From an uncultured bacterium (lineage in GTDB: Bacteria > GCA-001730085): DNA of 64,000 bases. The notes under the pieces are model-generated. The model ran no database searches, had not been told where the DNA came from, and saw nothing but the letters and a program-made list of their open reading frames with translations. The stretch is taken from positions 1,966-65,965 of the forward strand of contig CAZMGY010000012.1 of assembly GCA_964565945.1 (NCBI GenBank), given 5' to 3'. A program made the position numbers and the translations under genes. Shown piece by piece: positions 20,787-30,361 of this stretch; the first letter of the stretch is position 1; every line of letters starts with the position of its first letter.

Positions 20787-22016
20787 ATGTTAATGTTTTC
20801 TTTAGTGAGTGTTATTGTCTTTACAGGTGTTATTTTGCTTCTTGTAGGTTTGCTGACGTTCATCGAAAACAAGGTGGTTCAATCAGGTGATTGTAAGGTT
20901 GTGATCAACGGTGATGAGTTGAAGCCTATTGTGGTTTCGGCAGGTCGGACTCTTTTGTCTGTACTTGCGGATCAAAAAATCTTTTTACCTTCGGCCTGTG
21001 GTGGCGGGGGGACGTGTGCCATGTGTAAGTGTAAAGTAACAGATGGCGGGGGAGATATTCTTCCTACCGAAACAGGTCACCTGTCTCGTGGCGAACAAAA
21101 AAACAATGTTCGTTTGTCTTGCCAGGTTAAAGTTAGAAACGATATCAAAATAGAGATTCCCGATGAAATCTTTAACATCAAAAAATACGAGTGTACTGTG
21201 ATAAGCAATGACAATGTGGCGACCTTCATTAAAGAGTTCAACTTAGAGCTACCTCTAAGAGAAAATCTTAATTTTGAAGCAGGGGGTTACATTCAAATTG
21301 ATATTCCTGAATATCAACTTGGCTTTGATGAGTTTGTTGTTCAAAAAGAATATCGTGAAGATTGGGATAACTTCAAACTGTGGGATCTGAAAGCCAAAAA
21401 TGATGAACCTTGCTTTCGTGCGTATTCTATGGCGAATCATCCTGCCGAAGGTAATCGCGTTAAGCTGAATGTACGTATTGCCACACCGCCTCCTAATGTG
21501 CAAGGAGCTCTTCCAGGGATTGCCTCGTCTTATATTTTTAATCTCAAGCCAGGGGACAAAGCAATTGTGAGTGGTCCGTATGGTGAGTTTTTTATCAAAG
21601 ACACCGAAAAAGAGATGGTCTACGTGGGTGGTGGTGCTGGTATGGCTCCGATGAGAAGCCATTTGTTTCATCTGTTCCACACGCTTAAAACAGGCCGTAA
21701 AGTCAGCTATTGGTATGGTGCACGTTCTTTGCGCGAAGTTTTTTACCAGGATGAGTTTGAAGAGATTGAAAAGGAATTTCCTAATTTTTCTTTTCATTTA
21801 GTCTTGTCCGATCCCTTGCCAGAGGATAATTGGACTGGACCTAAAGGATTTATTCACCAAGTTGTCTTGGATAAGTATTTGAGCAAGCATGATGAACCCG
21901 AAGAGATTGAATACTACTTGTGTGGTCCTCCTATGATGCTTACCTGTGTTCAACAAATGCTTGATTCGATAGGTGTCGATAAAGAAAACGTTGCATTTGA
22001 CGACTTTGGTAGTTAG
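20787..22016 (+). CDS. nqrF: Na+-translocating NADH:quinone oxidoreductase subunit F
   Basis: 409 aa. N-terminal TM helix. 2Fe-2S ferredoxin cysteines '[14 protein letters not shown]'. FAD/NADH-binding region ('RAYSMANHP', '[11 protein letters not shown]'). Confidence 0.93.
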   Translation: MLMFSLVSVIVFTGVILLLVGLLTFIENKVVQSGDCKVVINGDELKPIVVSAGRTLLSVLADQKIFLPSACGGGGTCAMCKCKVTDGGGDILPTETGHLSRGEQKNNVRLSCQVKVRNDIKIEIPDEIFNIKKYECTVISNDNVATFIKEFNLELPLRENLNFEAGGYIQIDIPEYQLGFDEFVVQKEYREDWDNFKLWDLKAKNDEPCFRAYSMANHPAEGNRVKLNVRIATPPPNVQGALPGIASSYIFNLKPGDKAIVSGPYGEFFIKDTEKEMVYVGGGAGMAPMRSHLFHLFHTLKTGRKVSYWYGARSLREVFYQDEFEEIEKEFPNFSFHLVLSDPLPEDNWTGPKGFIHQVVLDKYLSKHDEPEEIEYYLCGPPMMLTCVQQMLDSIGVDKENVAFDDFGS

Positions 22017-22092
22017 AATATCAATCGAGTGCTGAGGGGAGTGGTACCTTCTTTTTTTTGTTGGTTTAATTAATTTTTTTTGAAGTTTAATA

Positions 22093-23775
22093 ATGAAAAA
22101 TCAAAAAATTTCCAAACTTATAGCAATCTTTTTCTTTGCTTTAACGTCATCCTTGATGGCTCAGTCTGGCCAAGCGATCATAGCCTCTGATGTAATCAAA
22201 TTTTTGTCTCAGGCTATTGAACTAGATGTAAGTGCCGAAGATTACTACATCTTGCAACAAAACTTGGTCAAAGAACAACTGGACTCCTTGCTTCAGTTGT
22301 ATAATCCAGAAGCTGAACTTTTGGGATCTCAGTTTGTCGCGATTGTCCGTGATCTTTTGCAACGTACTGATGCTGAGGAAGAGGTTCCTTTGGATAAGGC
22401 CCTATCCTTTTTGCAAAAAGAGATCAATGTCGATGATTTTTCTAAGTTTTTGTCGACTCCCGTTTCGTGCAAACAGTTCGATAAAGTGATTCGTGTTCTT
22501 GTGTTTCCCAAAATGGCTCAAACATCGAAACTTGCTCGGGCAACTGCGAAGATAAAGGATGCGAGCAAGGTATCCTCAGAAACAAAACCTATTGTTAAAG
22601 ATAAGCAGATTAAAGTGACCAAAGCTAAGTCGAAATCTGTGCCAGTTAAGAGAAGTAAGGTTACTCCTAAAAAGATCCGTTCAAAAAAGGCTAAAGCAAA
22701 TCCCTCTCGCAAGACGGGCTTATTGCCCCAAGTTGATGTGAACAAGGTGGCTCAAACAAAATTAAACTCACAGCCTCAGCGTCAAGACAAATCATCTGCT
22801 CCGATCAAGCTTAACATCGAAACCAGTATGTTAGACACTAAAGAAGCTGCGCAACAGGTTGAATCTAAGCCGAAATTTGACAAGGATAATGAAGATCGTG
22901 CGTTTTGGGGAGAGATTAGTGTTGGGTACATGTGGGACACTAATAGCAATGGAGGTCTAAGTCTTCCTTATCGTATTGGTTTTAACCAGCCGGCTCATTT
23001 GGCCAATGGCGCACGTAAAGAAGATCACGGTCGTTTGGTATCGTTGGAATTGAACTATTTGGGACGTTTAACACGGATAATGTCCTGGAAAACGCATTTT
23101 CGTTTCAATGTAATTGACTACCACAATGATGAGCCTACCGATTATCGGGATCTTTATTTGTCGTCGGGTCCTGTCTGGACGTTTGATTATGGGTCATTTT
23201 CTTTACCTTTTATGACTGATATCCTGAAATATAACCGCGACCTTGATTTTGGAAACTATTTGGCCTCGTCTTATGGAATTTTGCCAGAATTTAAATTTCA
23301 CTTGGCGGGCAACCTCTCTTTACATGCGCGCATTGGCTATATTCATCAACATTACCGTGATGATGGCGACCGTAATTTGGATATTGGTTTGTGGGATCAT
23401 TTCATTCGTCTTCAAGTTAATCCTCGGAGCACGATGGATTTGGGTTTTATTTTTGAGGATGCTTCTGCACGTAACAAGGCTTTCGATTACCAGGCTCGTG
23501 AGTTCTATGGACGTTACGCTCATCAACTCACAGAAACCTTAGAGCTGATTGCGTACTGTGCTTATCGCCAAATTAGCTACGAGGGCTTCGAAGCGGGATA
23601 TTCAACTAGTCGTGATGATAAGTTGTTCTATATGAGTGCAACACTATCGTATTATATGCGCGCAGTGAACGCCTATTTACAGTTCATTTATGCCTTTAGC
23701 AATAATCATAGCACGATTGATCGTTATGAATACGATCGTGATCAGTTCACGTTATTGTTGAAAAAACCTTTCTAA
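22093..23775 (+). CDS. Secreted/outer-membrane protein candidate: signal peptide, Lys-rich linker, C-terminal beta-barrel-like domain ending in Phe
   Basis: 560 aa. 'LTSSLMA|QSG' signal peptide. Lys-rich segment 'KAKSKSVPVKRSKVTPKKIRSKKAKANPSRK'. C-terminal half has alternating aromatic/hydrophilic residues and terminates '...LLLKKPF', the aromatic C-terminus typical of outer-membrane proteins. Confidence 0.45.
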   Translation: MKNQKISKLIAIFFFALTSSLMAQSGQAIIASDVIKFLSQAIELDVSAEDYYILQQNLVKEQLDSLLQLYNPEAELLGSQFVAIVRDLLQRTDAEEEVPLDKALSFLQKEINVDDFSKFLSTPVSCKQFDKVIRVLVFPKMAQTSKLARATAKIKDASKVSSETKPIVKDKQIKVTKAKSKSVPVKRSKVTPKKIRSKKAKANPSRKTGLLPQVDVNKVAQTKLNSQPQRQDKSSAPIKLNIETSMLDTKEAAQQVESKPKFDKDNEDRAFWGEISVGYMWDTNSNGGLSLPYRIGFNQPAHLANGARKEDHGRLVSLELNYLGRLTRIMSWKTHFRFNVIDYHNDEPTDYRDLYLSSGPVWTFDYGSFSLPFMTDILKYNRDLDFGNYLASSYGILPEFKFHLAGNLSLHARIGYIHQHYRDDGDRNLDIGLWDHFIRLQVNPRSTMDLGFIFEDASARNKAFDYQAREFYGRYAHQLTETLELIAYCAYRQISYEGFEAGYSTSRDDKLFYMSATLSYYMRAVNAYLQFIYAFSNNHSTIDRYEYDRDQFTLLLKKPF

Positions 23776-24207
23776 CCTCTTGGTTGACTTTAATATAAAC
23801 TGATGATGTGATCCTTGGGCTTGATCTGTAGGATTTCTGTTTTGAATTGAAGAATGGAGAGGGCTGGGACAGAGATCGTTACAGAATATCACCAAACATC
23901 ACCTATCTGGTTAGATACACCTATGCCAAATAAAGGAGCAAGCCATGTCATTCTCTCAAGCATTTCTTACTTACAAAACCCGCAAAGATAAACATGATCA
24001 AATACCGAACCTAATGGCAAAATAAGTGTGTTGTGTGTGAAAAAGATGGACACTTACGTCCCAAGTGGCATTATTCAGGTGATTTTGGAAAAAAGGATGC
24101 AAAGATAAGGTAAAAAATTAGCAAAAACCGTTATATTTTAGAAAAATGTGATGGTTGAGGGTGTGTGGGTAGGTTTTAGTTTGTTTAGCAATGGATTCAG
24201 GACTGTC

Positions 24208-24236
24208 TTGCGATTTTAAGCGAAAAGGGTTATAAT
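24208..24236 (+). promoter_or_regulatory. Near-consensus sigma70 promoter for the Bat-like operon (-35 TTGCGA, 17-nt spacer, -10 TATAAT)
   Basis: TTGCGA at 24208-24213 and TATAAT at 24231-24236, 55 nt upstream of the moxR ATG. Confidence 0.5.
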
Positions 24237-24291
24237 TCTTTTTTATTTTTTAAACAAGTTTTACGTTGTGTTTAATTGAGGAGAGGTGCTA

Positions 24292-25275
24292 ATGGACATC
24301 AGTGCTGTTAATGAAAGAGTTAAAGAGTATAACCTCTATATTCAAAACCTTATGAACGAGATGGCTAAGGTGGTTGTCGGACAAACTTCGTTTGTCGAAA
24401 GGTTGATGATAGGCCTTTTGACTGGGGGGCATGTTTTAGTTGAGGGGGTTCCTGGCTTAGCCAAAACCTTATCTGTGAATACACTGGCTAACGCTCTGTA
24501 CCTTGATTTCCAACGTATTCAGTTTACACCCGATTTGTTACCTGCAGATATTGTCGGAACGATGATTTACAATCAAAAAGAAGGCATCTTTTCTGTTAAA
24601 AAAGGGCCCATCTTTCATAATATTATTTTGGCTGATGAAATCAACCGTTCCCCAGCGAAAGTGCAAAGTGCCTTGTTGGAGGCGATGCAGGAAAAACAGG
24701 TGACGATTGGCGAAGAAACCTTTCCTATGTCGGATATTTTTTTGGTGATTGCAACGCAAAATCCGATTGAGCAGGAGGGAACGTATCCTTTACCCGAGGC
24801 CCAGATTGATCGCTTTATGCTCAAGGTCTTGGTGACGTATCCATCGATTATGGAAGAGAAAGAAATTTTGAATCGTATGACTCAAAGTGTGGTTCCTAAA
24901 GCTGGAGCGGTTTTAAGTCCCGAAAAGATTGTTGAGGCTCAACAAACGGTCGATCAGGTTTATATCGACGAAAAAATTAAGGATTACATTGTGCATATTG
25001 TCTTTGCTAGTCGCCAACCTGAACATTATGACTTGAGTAGCGTAAAAGACTTATTTACCTTTGGAGCTTCTCCCAGAGCAACAATTAGTCTTGCTCGTGC
25101 TGCCAAAGCGCATGCCTTTATTCGGGGGAGGGGCTATGTGATCCCAGAAGATATCAAGCAAATCGGTCCTGATGTCTTAAGGCATCGTATTATGCCTTCC
25201 TTTGAGGCTGAAGCCGAAAATGTGACCGCGGATATGTTGATTCAAAAGATTTTTGATGTCGTCGAAGTTCCTTAA
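24292..25275 (+). CDS. MoxR-family AAA+ ATPase
   Basis: The ATG at 24292 follows a GGAGAGG RBS (the track's GTG is at 24286). Walker A 'VEGVPGLAKT'; Walker B 'ILADEINR'; 'ATQNPIEQEGTYPLPEAQIDRF' sensor region. Confidence 0.9.
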   Translation: MDISAVNERVKEYNLYIQNLMNEMAKVVVGQTSFVERLMIGLLTGGHVLVEGVPGLAKTLSVNTLANALYLDFQRIQFTPDLLPADIVGTMIYNQKEGIFSVKKGPIFHNIILADEINRSPAKVQSALLEAMQEKQVTIGEETFPMSDIFLVIATQNPIEQEGTYPLPEAQIDRFMLKVLVTYPSIMEEKEILNRMTQSVVPKAGAVLSPEKIVEAQQTVDQVYIDEKIKDYIVHIVFASRQPEHYDLSSVKDLFTFGASPRATISLARAAKAHAFIRGRGYVIPEDIKQIGPDVLRHRIMPSFEAEAENVTADMLIQKIFDVVEVP

Positions 25276-25284
25276 GGTGCTTTT

Positions 25285-26160
25285 ATGATTCACAAAGAAC
25301 TATTGCGTAAAATTCGACACATTGAAATCATCACCAATCGTTTGGTGACTGATTCTATGGCTGGAAACTACGAAAGTGTGTTCAAAGGCCAAGGGATTGA
25401 ATTCAGTGAAGTTCGTGAGTATCAGTATGGGGATGATATACGATCAATTGATTGGAATGTTTCGGCCCGCCAAAATAAACTTTTCATTAAAAAATTTAGT
25501 GAAGAACGTGAGCGAACAGTGATGCTGATGATCGATGTGAGTGCATCGATGCATTTTGCCAGTCGGGGGATGAGCAAGAATGATGTGGCTGCTGAGGTGG
25601 CTGCTTTATTAGCTTTTTCGGCCATTCGCAACAACGATAAGGTGGGCTTATTACTTTTTTCCGACGAAGTTGAGATCTATGTGCCCCCTGGAAAGCAGCG
25701 TCAGCATATTTTAAGAATCATTCGAGATGTGCTCTATTATAAACCTAAGCATAAGAAGACAGACTTATGCTTAGCGCTGGAGTATTTCAATCGTGTTATG
25801 CATAAAGAGAGTATTTTGTTTGTGATATCTGATTTTTGGTCTGTGGATTATGAGAAATACTTGCGCATTGCTCAGCGTAGGCACGATATCATTCCTGTCT
25901 GTATTCACGATTTGCGTGAGTTCGAGGTGCCCCTCGTGGGACGTCTCCATTTGGAGGATATGGAAACAGGAGCAACCGTTTATGTCGATACTTCTCAAGC
26001 GCGGGTGCGCGATCACTTAAATCAACACTTTGATGAAATGTCGGGCCAAAGGCATCGGATGTTTGCACGTCTTGGTTTAGATCGCATCGAACTAGTAACC
26101 GATCAACCTTATTTGAAGCCCGTGATGAACTTTTTTCAACAGAGGATGAAACGGCGATGA
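25285..26160 (+). CDS. DUF58 (VWA-like) protein, partner of MoxR
   Basis: 291 aa with a typical DUF58 N-terminus ('REYQYGDDIRSIDWNVSAR') and a MIDAS-like 'LMIDVSASM'. The MoxR-DUF58 pairing is standard. Confidence 0.8.
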   Translation: MIHKELLRKIRHIEIITNRLVTDSMAGNYESVFKGQGIEFSEVREYQYGDDIRSIDWNVSARQNKLFIKKFSEERERTVMLMIDVSASMHFASRGMSKNDVAAEVAALLAFSAIRNNDKVGLLLFSDEVEIYVPPGKQRQHILRIIRDVLYYKPKHKKTDLCLALEYFNRVMHKESILFVISDFWSVDYEKYLRIAQRRHDIIPVCIHDLREFEVPLVGRLHLEDMETGATVYVDTSQARVRDHLNQHFDEMSGQRHRMFARLGLDRIELVTDQPYLKPVMNFFQQRMKRR

Positions 26161-27080
26161 TACGTATTTTCTTTCTGATCTTTTTGGGCTTAGTGTCGAT
26201 TATTCATGCTGGTGAGCCTGCTAAACTTGTGGTTGATGTGGATAGGCACGAAATTACGATTGGTCAATCTGTGACTCTCGTGATCAAATTATTTCTCCCA
26301 TCTGATGCTGAATTCACACACTTTAATCGAGACTTGAACTTAGGAGAGCTGGAGCTTAAAGATTTTATTCGTTACAAGGTCAAACCCTTAGATGATGGAC
26401 GCTCGTTGTATCGCTACGACTACAGTGTGACCTCGTACCAGGTTGGACATTATTTGGCGGGACCTTTTGTCTGCCAGGTGACCTCACTGGATGGACAAAC
26501 GTTTGAATTGAAGAAAAGTGCATTAAAGCTCAAGGTTCTTTCGGTGATTGATCCTAACGATCCAGTTTCTGATATTCGTGATCAGATAGAGCCTCTTCTA
26601 CCAGGCAAGTGGTCATGCTGGGTGATAGTTCTGGGGGGCAGCGTGGGTGTTCTGCTTGTGGTTGGATTAGCTTGCCTTTGGATACAGAAACGCAGAAGGG
26701 ATGCTAGGAACCCGCTTGAACCGATAATTGCTGCAGATATAGCGGCTTTGGAGAGTCTTGAGTACCTGCGTGGACAGCACTTTGACACACAAAAGCAGCT
26801 TTACGAAGCGTTAACGGCTATTCTGCGCACTTATTTGGAGCGGAGGTTTGATTTTCCTGTGGAAGAGTCAACTTCGAGTGAATTGGTGTTGGAACTCAAA
26901 AAATATGTCAGTCACGACGTTTTGCAGGGAGTTCGTCAGTTGAATGCAGAGGCGGACTTGGTCAAGTTTGCCAAGCACCATGTGGAGGATGAGGCTTGTG
27001 AAAAGTTTATCGAAGAAATTATGTGGATTATTGATCAAACGAAGCTGAGTGAGGGTGATGAATATGCCGACCTTAGCTAA
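26157..27080 (+). CDS. Hypothetical membrane protein of the Bat cluster (signal peptide, one central TM helix)
   Basis: 307 aa. ATGA overlap with the DUF58 gene. Signal peptide 'LVSIIHA|GEP'. TM 'CWVIVLGGSVGVLLVVGLACLWI' followed by KRRR. Confidence 0.5.
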   Translation: MIRIFFLIFLGLVSIIHAGEPAKLVVDVDRHEITIGQSVTLVIKLFLPSDAEFTHFNRDLNLGELELKDFIRYKVKPLDDGRSLYRYDYSVTSYQVGHYLAGPFVCQVTSLDGQTFELKKSALKLKVLSVIDPNDPVSDIRDQIEPLLPGKWSCWVIVLGGSVGVLLVVGLACLWIQKRRRDARNPLEPIIAADIAALESLEYLRGQHFDTQKQLYEALTAILRTYLERRFDFPVEESTSSELVLELKKYVSHDVLQGVRQLNAEADLVKFAKHHVEDEACEKFIEEIMWIIDQTKLSEGDEYADLS

Positions 27081-28041
27081 TTCTTGGTGGCTGCTTTTGT
27101 GGGTAGTTATCCCCCTATGGATTTTCTGGTGGCGTCGCCAACAGCCAGCCACGATGATGTATAGTTATCTGCCTTTATGGGGTAGCCGTGCTTGTTCTGT
27201 GCGTGATTGGGTACCGTTTGTTCTTCGTTGTTTGACCTGGTTTGTTTTGGTGCTGGCAATGGCACGTCCGCAAAAGGTGACCCATGTTCACGAAGCTTTA
27301 ACGCGAGGTATCGATATTATGTTGGTTTTGGATACGTCCACCAGTATGAGAGGTTTAGACTTTAAGCCCCAAAATCGTTTGCAAGCGGCTCAAGATGTGA
27401 TTCGTGATTTTGTGGAAAAACGTCCTTACGATCGCATTGGAGCGGTTGTATTTGCGGCCTTAGCCTATACACAATGCCCTTTAACAACGGACCATGATGT
27501 TCTGGTGGACCTTATTGCAAACACAGATATTGGCCAAATCGACGATGGAACGGCCATTGGTTTAGCTGTGGCCACCGCAGTTAAACGTTTAAGAGGAAGT
27601 GATGCAGAAAGCCGGATTATTATTTTGTTGTCTGATGGGGAAAACAATGCAGGAGGCATTGATCCCTTAACGGCGGCTGAACTTGCCAAAACTTTAGATG
27701 TGAAGATTTATAGCATTGGTGTAGGTAAACATGGTCGGGTGCTTTATCCTTATGTCGATAATTTTGGAAGGAAGCGCTACGCTTATCTAAGTGCTTCGTT
27801 TAACGAACAAGGACTCAAACAGTTAGCATCAATCACTGGAGGTCAGTACTTTAGGGCCGAAAACAAAGAAGATTTATTGGATATTTACAATCACATTGAT
27901 CAATTGGAAAAAACAGATATAAAAATCAATGAGTATCGCCAATATGAAGAGTATTTCATGTACTTGATTTGGTTGGCGTTGGGCTTGTGGTTGATGGAAT
28001 TGATGTGGCGTTATCTTTGGAGACGGGGTTATCCAGAGTAA
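27049..28041 (+). CDS. batA: BatA-like von Willebrand factor A-domain membrane protein
   Basis: N-terminal TM helices, then a VWA domain with MIDAS 'MLVLDTSTSM' and 'LLSDGENN'. Candidate starts: GTG 27049, ATG 27058, ATG 27064. ATG 27064 has the best RBS spacing to GAGGG. Confidence 0.8.
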   Translation: MRVMNMPTLANSWWLLLWVVIPLWIFWWRRQQPATMMYSYLPLWGSRACSVRDWVPFVLRCLTWFVLVLAMARPQKVTHVHEALTRGIDIMLVLDTSTSMRGLDFKPQNRLQAAQDVIRDFVEKRPYDRIGAVVFAALAYTQCPLTTDHDVLVDLIANTDIGQIDDGTAIGLAVATAVKRLRGSDAESRIIILLSDGENNAGGIDPLTAAELAKTLDVKIYSIGVGKHGRVLYPYVDNFGRKRYAYLSASFNEQGLKQLASITGGQYFRAENKEDLLDIYNHIDQLEKTDIKINEYRQYEEYFMYLIWLALGLWLMELMWRYLWRRGYPE

Positions 28042-28066
28042 GGTTTAAACAAGAAGGGGGCGTGTT

Positions 28067-29083
28067 TTGCGTTTTGCAGAACCTTGGTTATGGTTGGGCG
28101 TGCTTGCCTGTATTGTTTTAGGGGCGTGTTTGTTGGTATGGATCTACGTGATCCGTCGCAAAACCCTTCGTTCCTGGGGGGAACATGTTTTTATAGTGCC
28201 TTTGTTGGCACATGTGAGTGAAGCGTTCTATTGGCTTAAGCTTGCTTTGCTTATTGTGGCGGGATCTTTGATGTTGGTTGCCTTAACCCGTCCTCAATGG
28301 GGTGAGCGTTCCGTTGAAGCGAAGCGAGAAGGTGTGGATATTATTGTGGCGATTGACACCTCATTAAGTATGTTGGCTCAAGATGTCAAGCCCAATCGCT
28401 TGAGCAAAGCGAAGCGAGAAGTTAGTTTTCTTATTGAGAATGTTCAAGGAGATCGTTTGGGATTGGTGGCCTTTGCGGGTCAAGCCTTTATTCAAGTTCC
28501 ACTGAGCACCGATCGCGCTGTGACTAAAATGATGCTGTCTTTGATCGATGTGAACACGATTGCCAGTCAAGGAACCTGTTTGGCCGAAGCGATTTTTGTT
28601 AGTCGTAAGGCTTTTGATCAAGGAGAAACTAAATACAAAACTTTGATTTTAATCACAGATGGTGAGGATCATGAAGGGGAGGCGTTGCAGCAAGCTGAAC
28701 TGGCTGCCAAAGAGGGGATTCGTATTTACACAGTTGGTTTGGGTCATAAAGAAGGCGCGCCGATTCCTTTGTTGGACGATCGAGGTCAAGTGACGGGTTA
28801 TAAGAAAGATGCTCAAGGGAAGGTGGTGATGTCACGCGTGGCAGACAAAAGTCTTAAACAAATAGCTAAAATTACTCAAGGTGCTTATATTCATGGTTTG
28901 CAAGGTGGTTGGAACTTAAAGGGAATTTATGACATGATTTCTAGCCTAGAAAAAAAGGGAATAGAAAGTAAGCTTGTGATTATGTACGAAGATCGCTATC
29001 AATTTATTTTGGGCTTGGTTTTATGGATTCTTTTATTGGAGAGCTGTTTTACTGTTCGCCGCCAGAGAGGAGGGTTTTCATGA
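28067..29083 (+). CDS. batB: BatB-like VWA-domain membrane protein
   Basis: 338 aa. N-terminal TM helices, MIDAS 'IVAIDTSLSM', 'LITDGEDHEG', and a C-terminal TM helix. Confidence 0.8.
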   Translation: MRFAEPWLWLGVLACIVLGACLLVWIYVIRRKTLRSWGEHVFIVPLLAHVSEAFYWLKLALLIVAGSLMLVALTRPQWGERSVEAKREGVDIIVAIDTSLSMLAQDVKPNRLSKAKREVSFLIENVQGDRLGLVAFAGQAFIQVPLSTDRAVTKMMLSLIDVNTIASQGTCLAEAIFVSRKAFDQGETKYKTLILITDGEDHEGEALQQAELAAKEGIRIYTVGLGHKEGAPIPLLDDRGQVTGYKKDAQGKVVMSRVADKSLKQIAKITQGAYIHGLQGGWNLKGIYDMISSLEKKGIESKLVIMYEDRYQFILGLVLWILLLESCFTVRRQRGGFS

Positions 29084-30327
29084 GGACCTTAATGATGCTA
29101 TCCATAAGTTTATTTCTGCTTTTGCCGTTGCTGGGGTTTCGTTGGCCTTGGGATCAAAGGGAAGAGAAAGCGTATGAACAAGCTCAAGCTGGGCAACATA
29201 CTCAAGCTGAACAGATGTACGAGAATCTACTTAAAGAGGAACCTGACCAAGATAGGTATGTATTTAACGTGGCTCTTATGAACTATTTTAAGGAAGATTA
29301 TGAGGCTTCTATTAAAACATTAGGTGCTGTGAATAATTTTTCCTTGTTGGCCAAGGCGGCCTTATTAGAAGGAAATGCCCAGTATCGTCAGGGAGATTTG
29401 CTTAAAGCACAGAAGGCTTATCGTAAGGCTTTAGGTTTTGATCCCGAGCTATTGCTGGCCAAATATAATTTGGAAGTGATTGAAAAATTACAAAAACAAG
29501 AAGCCCTTTCTCAGGATAAGTCGCCAGAGAGCGAAGAATATTGCAATCAAAATCAGAAGCAAGACTCTCAAAGTGAATCTGCTGGTGAAGAAAGTGAGCA
29601 AGAAGCCCTTTCTGAGGATAAGTCGCCAGAGAGCAAAGAATATTGCAATCAAGATCAGAAGCAGGAGTCTCAAAGTGAATCTGGTGGTGAAGAAAGTGAG
29701 CAAAAAGCCCTTTCTCAGGATAAGTCGCCAGAGAGCGAAGAATATCGAAATCAAGATCAGAAGCAAGAGTCTCAAAGTGAATCTGGTGGTGAAGAAAGTG
29801 AGCAAGAAGCCCTTTCTCAGGATAAATCACCAGAGAGCGAAGAATATCGAAATCAAGATCAGAAGCAAGAGTCTCAAAGTAAATTTGCTGCTGAAGAAAG
29901 TGAGCAAGAAGACAGTCAAAATCAGGCTTCGCTGGATTCAGAAGGTGCTCAAAGTGGTTCGGGGGGTCAAAAAAGTGAATCGTCGGAGGAAGAGTCCCAA
30001 AATTCCGAAGATTCTCAGGGCGGTTCGGCTAGTCAGGACGGGCAACCAGAAGAAAACCTGTCGTCAGAGTCAGAAAGTGCTAAAAGCGACTCTGGTAGTG
30101 AAGAGGGTGATCCTGCACAGAAACCTGCGGGGAATCAGGAGGGTCAAGGATCCCAAACGTCTTCGGAGGGACAAGGTTATGGGGCTTTGGATCAACAGGA
30201 TTTATCTGAGCGGGAGGCGATTGCTTTTTTAAATCAATTGGTCGAAGATAGTCAGTTGCAGCAAAAAGTACACCTTAAGCAGCAGGGCAAACAGCAACGA
30301 GGAATGAAAAGAACCAAGGATTGGTGA
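29080..30327 (+). CDS. batC: BatC-like TPR-repeat protein with a C-terminal acidic/Ser-Gln-rich tandem-repeat tail
   Basis: The ATG at 29080 forms an ATGA overlap with the batB stop and follows a GAGAGGAGGG RBS (the track start 29023 lies inside batB). Signal/TM 'MRTLMMLSISLFLLLPLL'. TPR region (AQAGQHTQAEQMYENLL...). Then 4 x 34-aa repeats and a low-complexity S/E/Q tail. Confidence 0.7.
   Translation: MRTLMMLSISLFLLLPLLGFRWPWDQREEKAYEQAQAGQHTQAEQMYENLLKEEPDQDRYVFNVALMNYFKEDYEASIKTLGAVNNFSLLAKAALLEGNAQYRQGDLLKAQKAYRKALGFDPELLLAKYNLEVIEKLQKQEALSQDKSPESEEYCNQNQKQDSQSESAGEESEQEALSEDKSPESKEYCNQDQKQESQSESGGEESEQKALSQDKSPESEEYRNQDQKQESQSESGGEESEQEALSQDKSPESEEYRNQDQKQESQSKFAAEESEQEDSQNQASLDSEGAQSGSGGQKSESSEEESQNSEDSQGGSASQDGQPEENLSSESESAKSDSGSEEGDPAQKPAGNQEGQGSQTSSEGQGYGALDQQDLSEREAIAFLNQLVEDSQLQQKVHLKQQGKQQRGMKRTKDW
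29500..29907 (+). repeat. 4 x 102-bp near-identical in-frame tandem repeat inside batC
   Basis: Unit gaagccctttctcaggataagtcgccagagagcgaagaatat...gaagaaagtgagcaa, encoding EALSQDKSPESEEY(C/R)NQ(N/D)QKQ(D/E)SQSESxGEESEQ. Copies differ by a few substitutions, including Cys to Arg. Confidence 0.85.
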
Positions 30328-30361
30328 GTTCATAGTATAATGTAACAGATTTTTTTGAAGA

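Noticed and set aside
21255-21797. 180-aa minus-strand ORF inside nqrF, plus similar antisense ORFs inside groEL, accC, nqrA, batD and trkA
   Set aside because: Antisense to strongly conserved genes. Low-complexity translations. No support.
22017-22092. T8 run after nqrF as an intrinsic terminator
   Set aside because: No convincing GC-rich stem precedes the T-tract (only the self-complementary GGTACC). Not called.
29500-29907. Possible CRISPR array suggested by regular 102-bp repeats
   Set aside because: Repeats are contiguous (no spacers), in-frame and protein-coding within batC. No cas genes nearby.
29480-30232. 250-aa + strand ORF (K/R-rich) and two minus-strand ORFs spanning the batC repeat region
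   Set aside because: Produced by the 102-bp tandem repeat being open in several frames. The TPR-containing frame (batC) is the coherent one.
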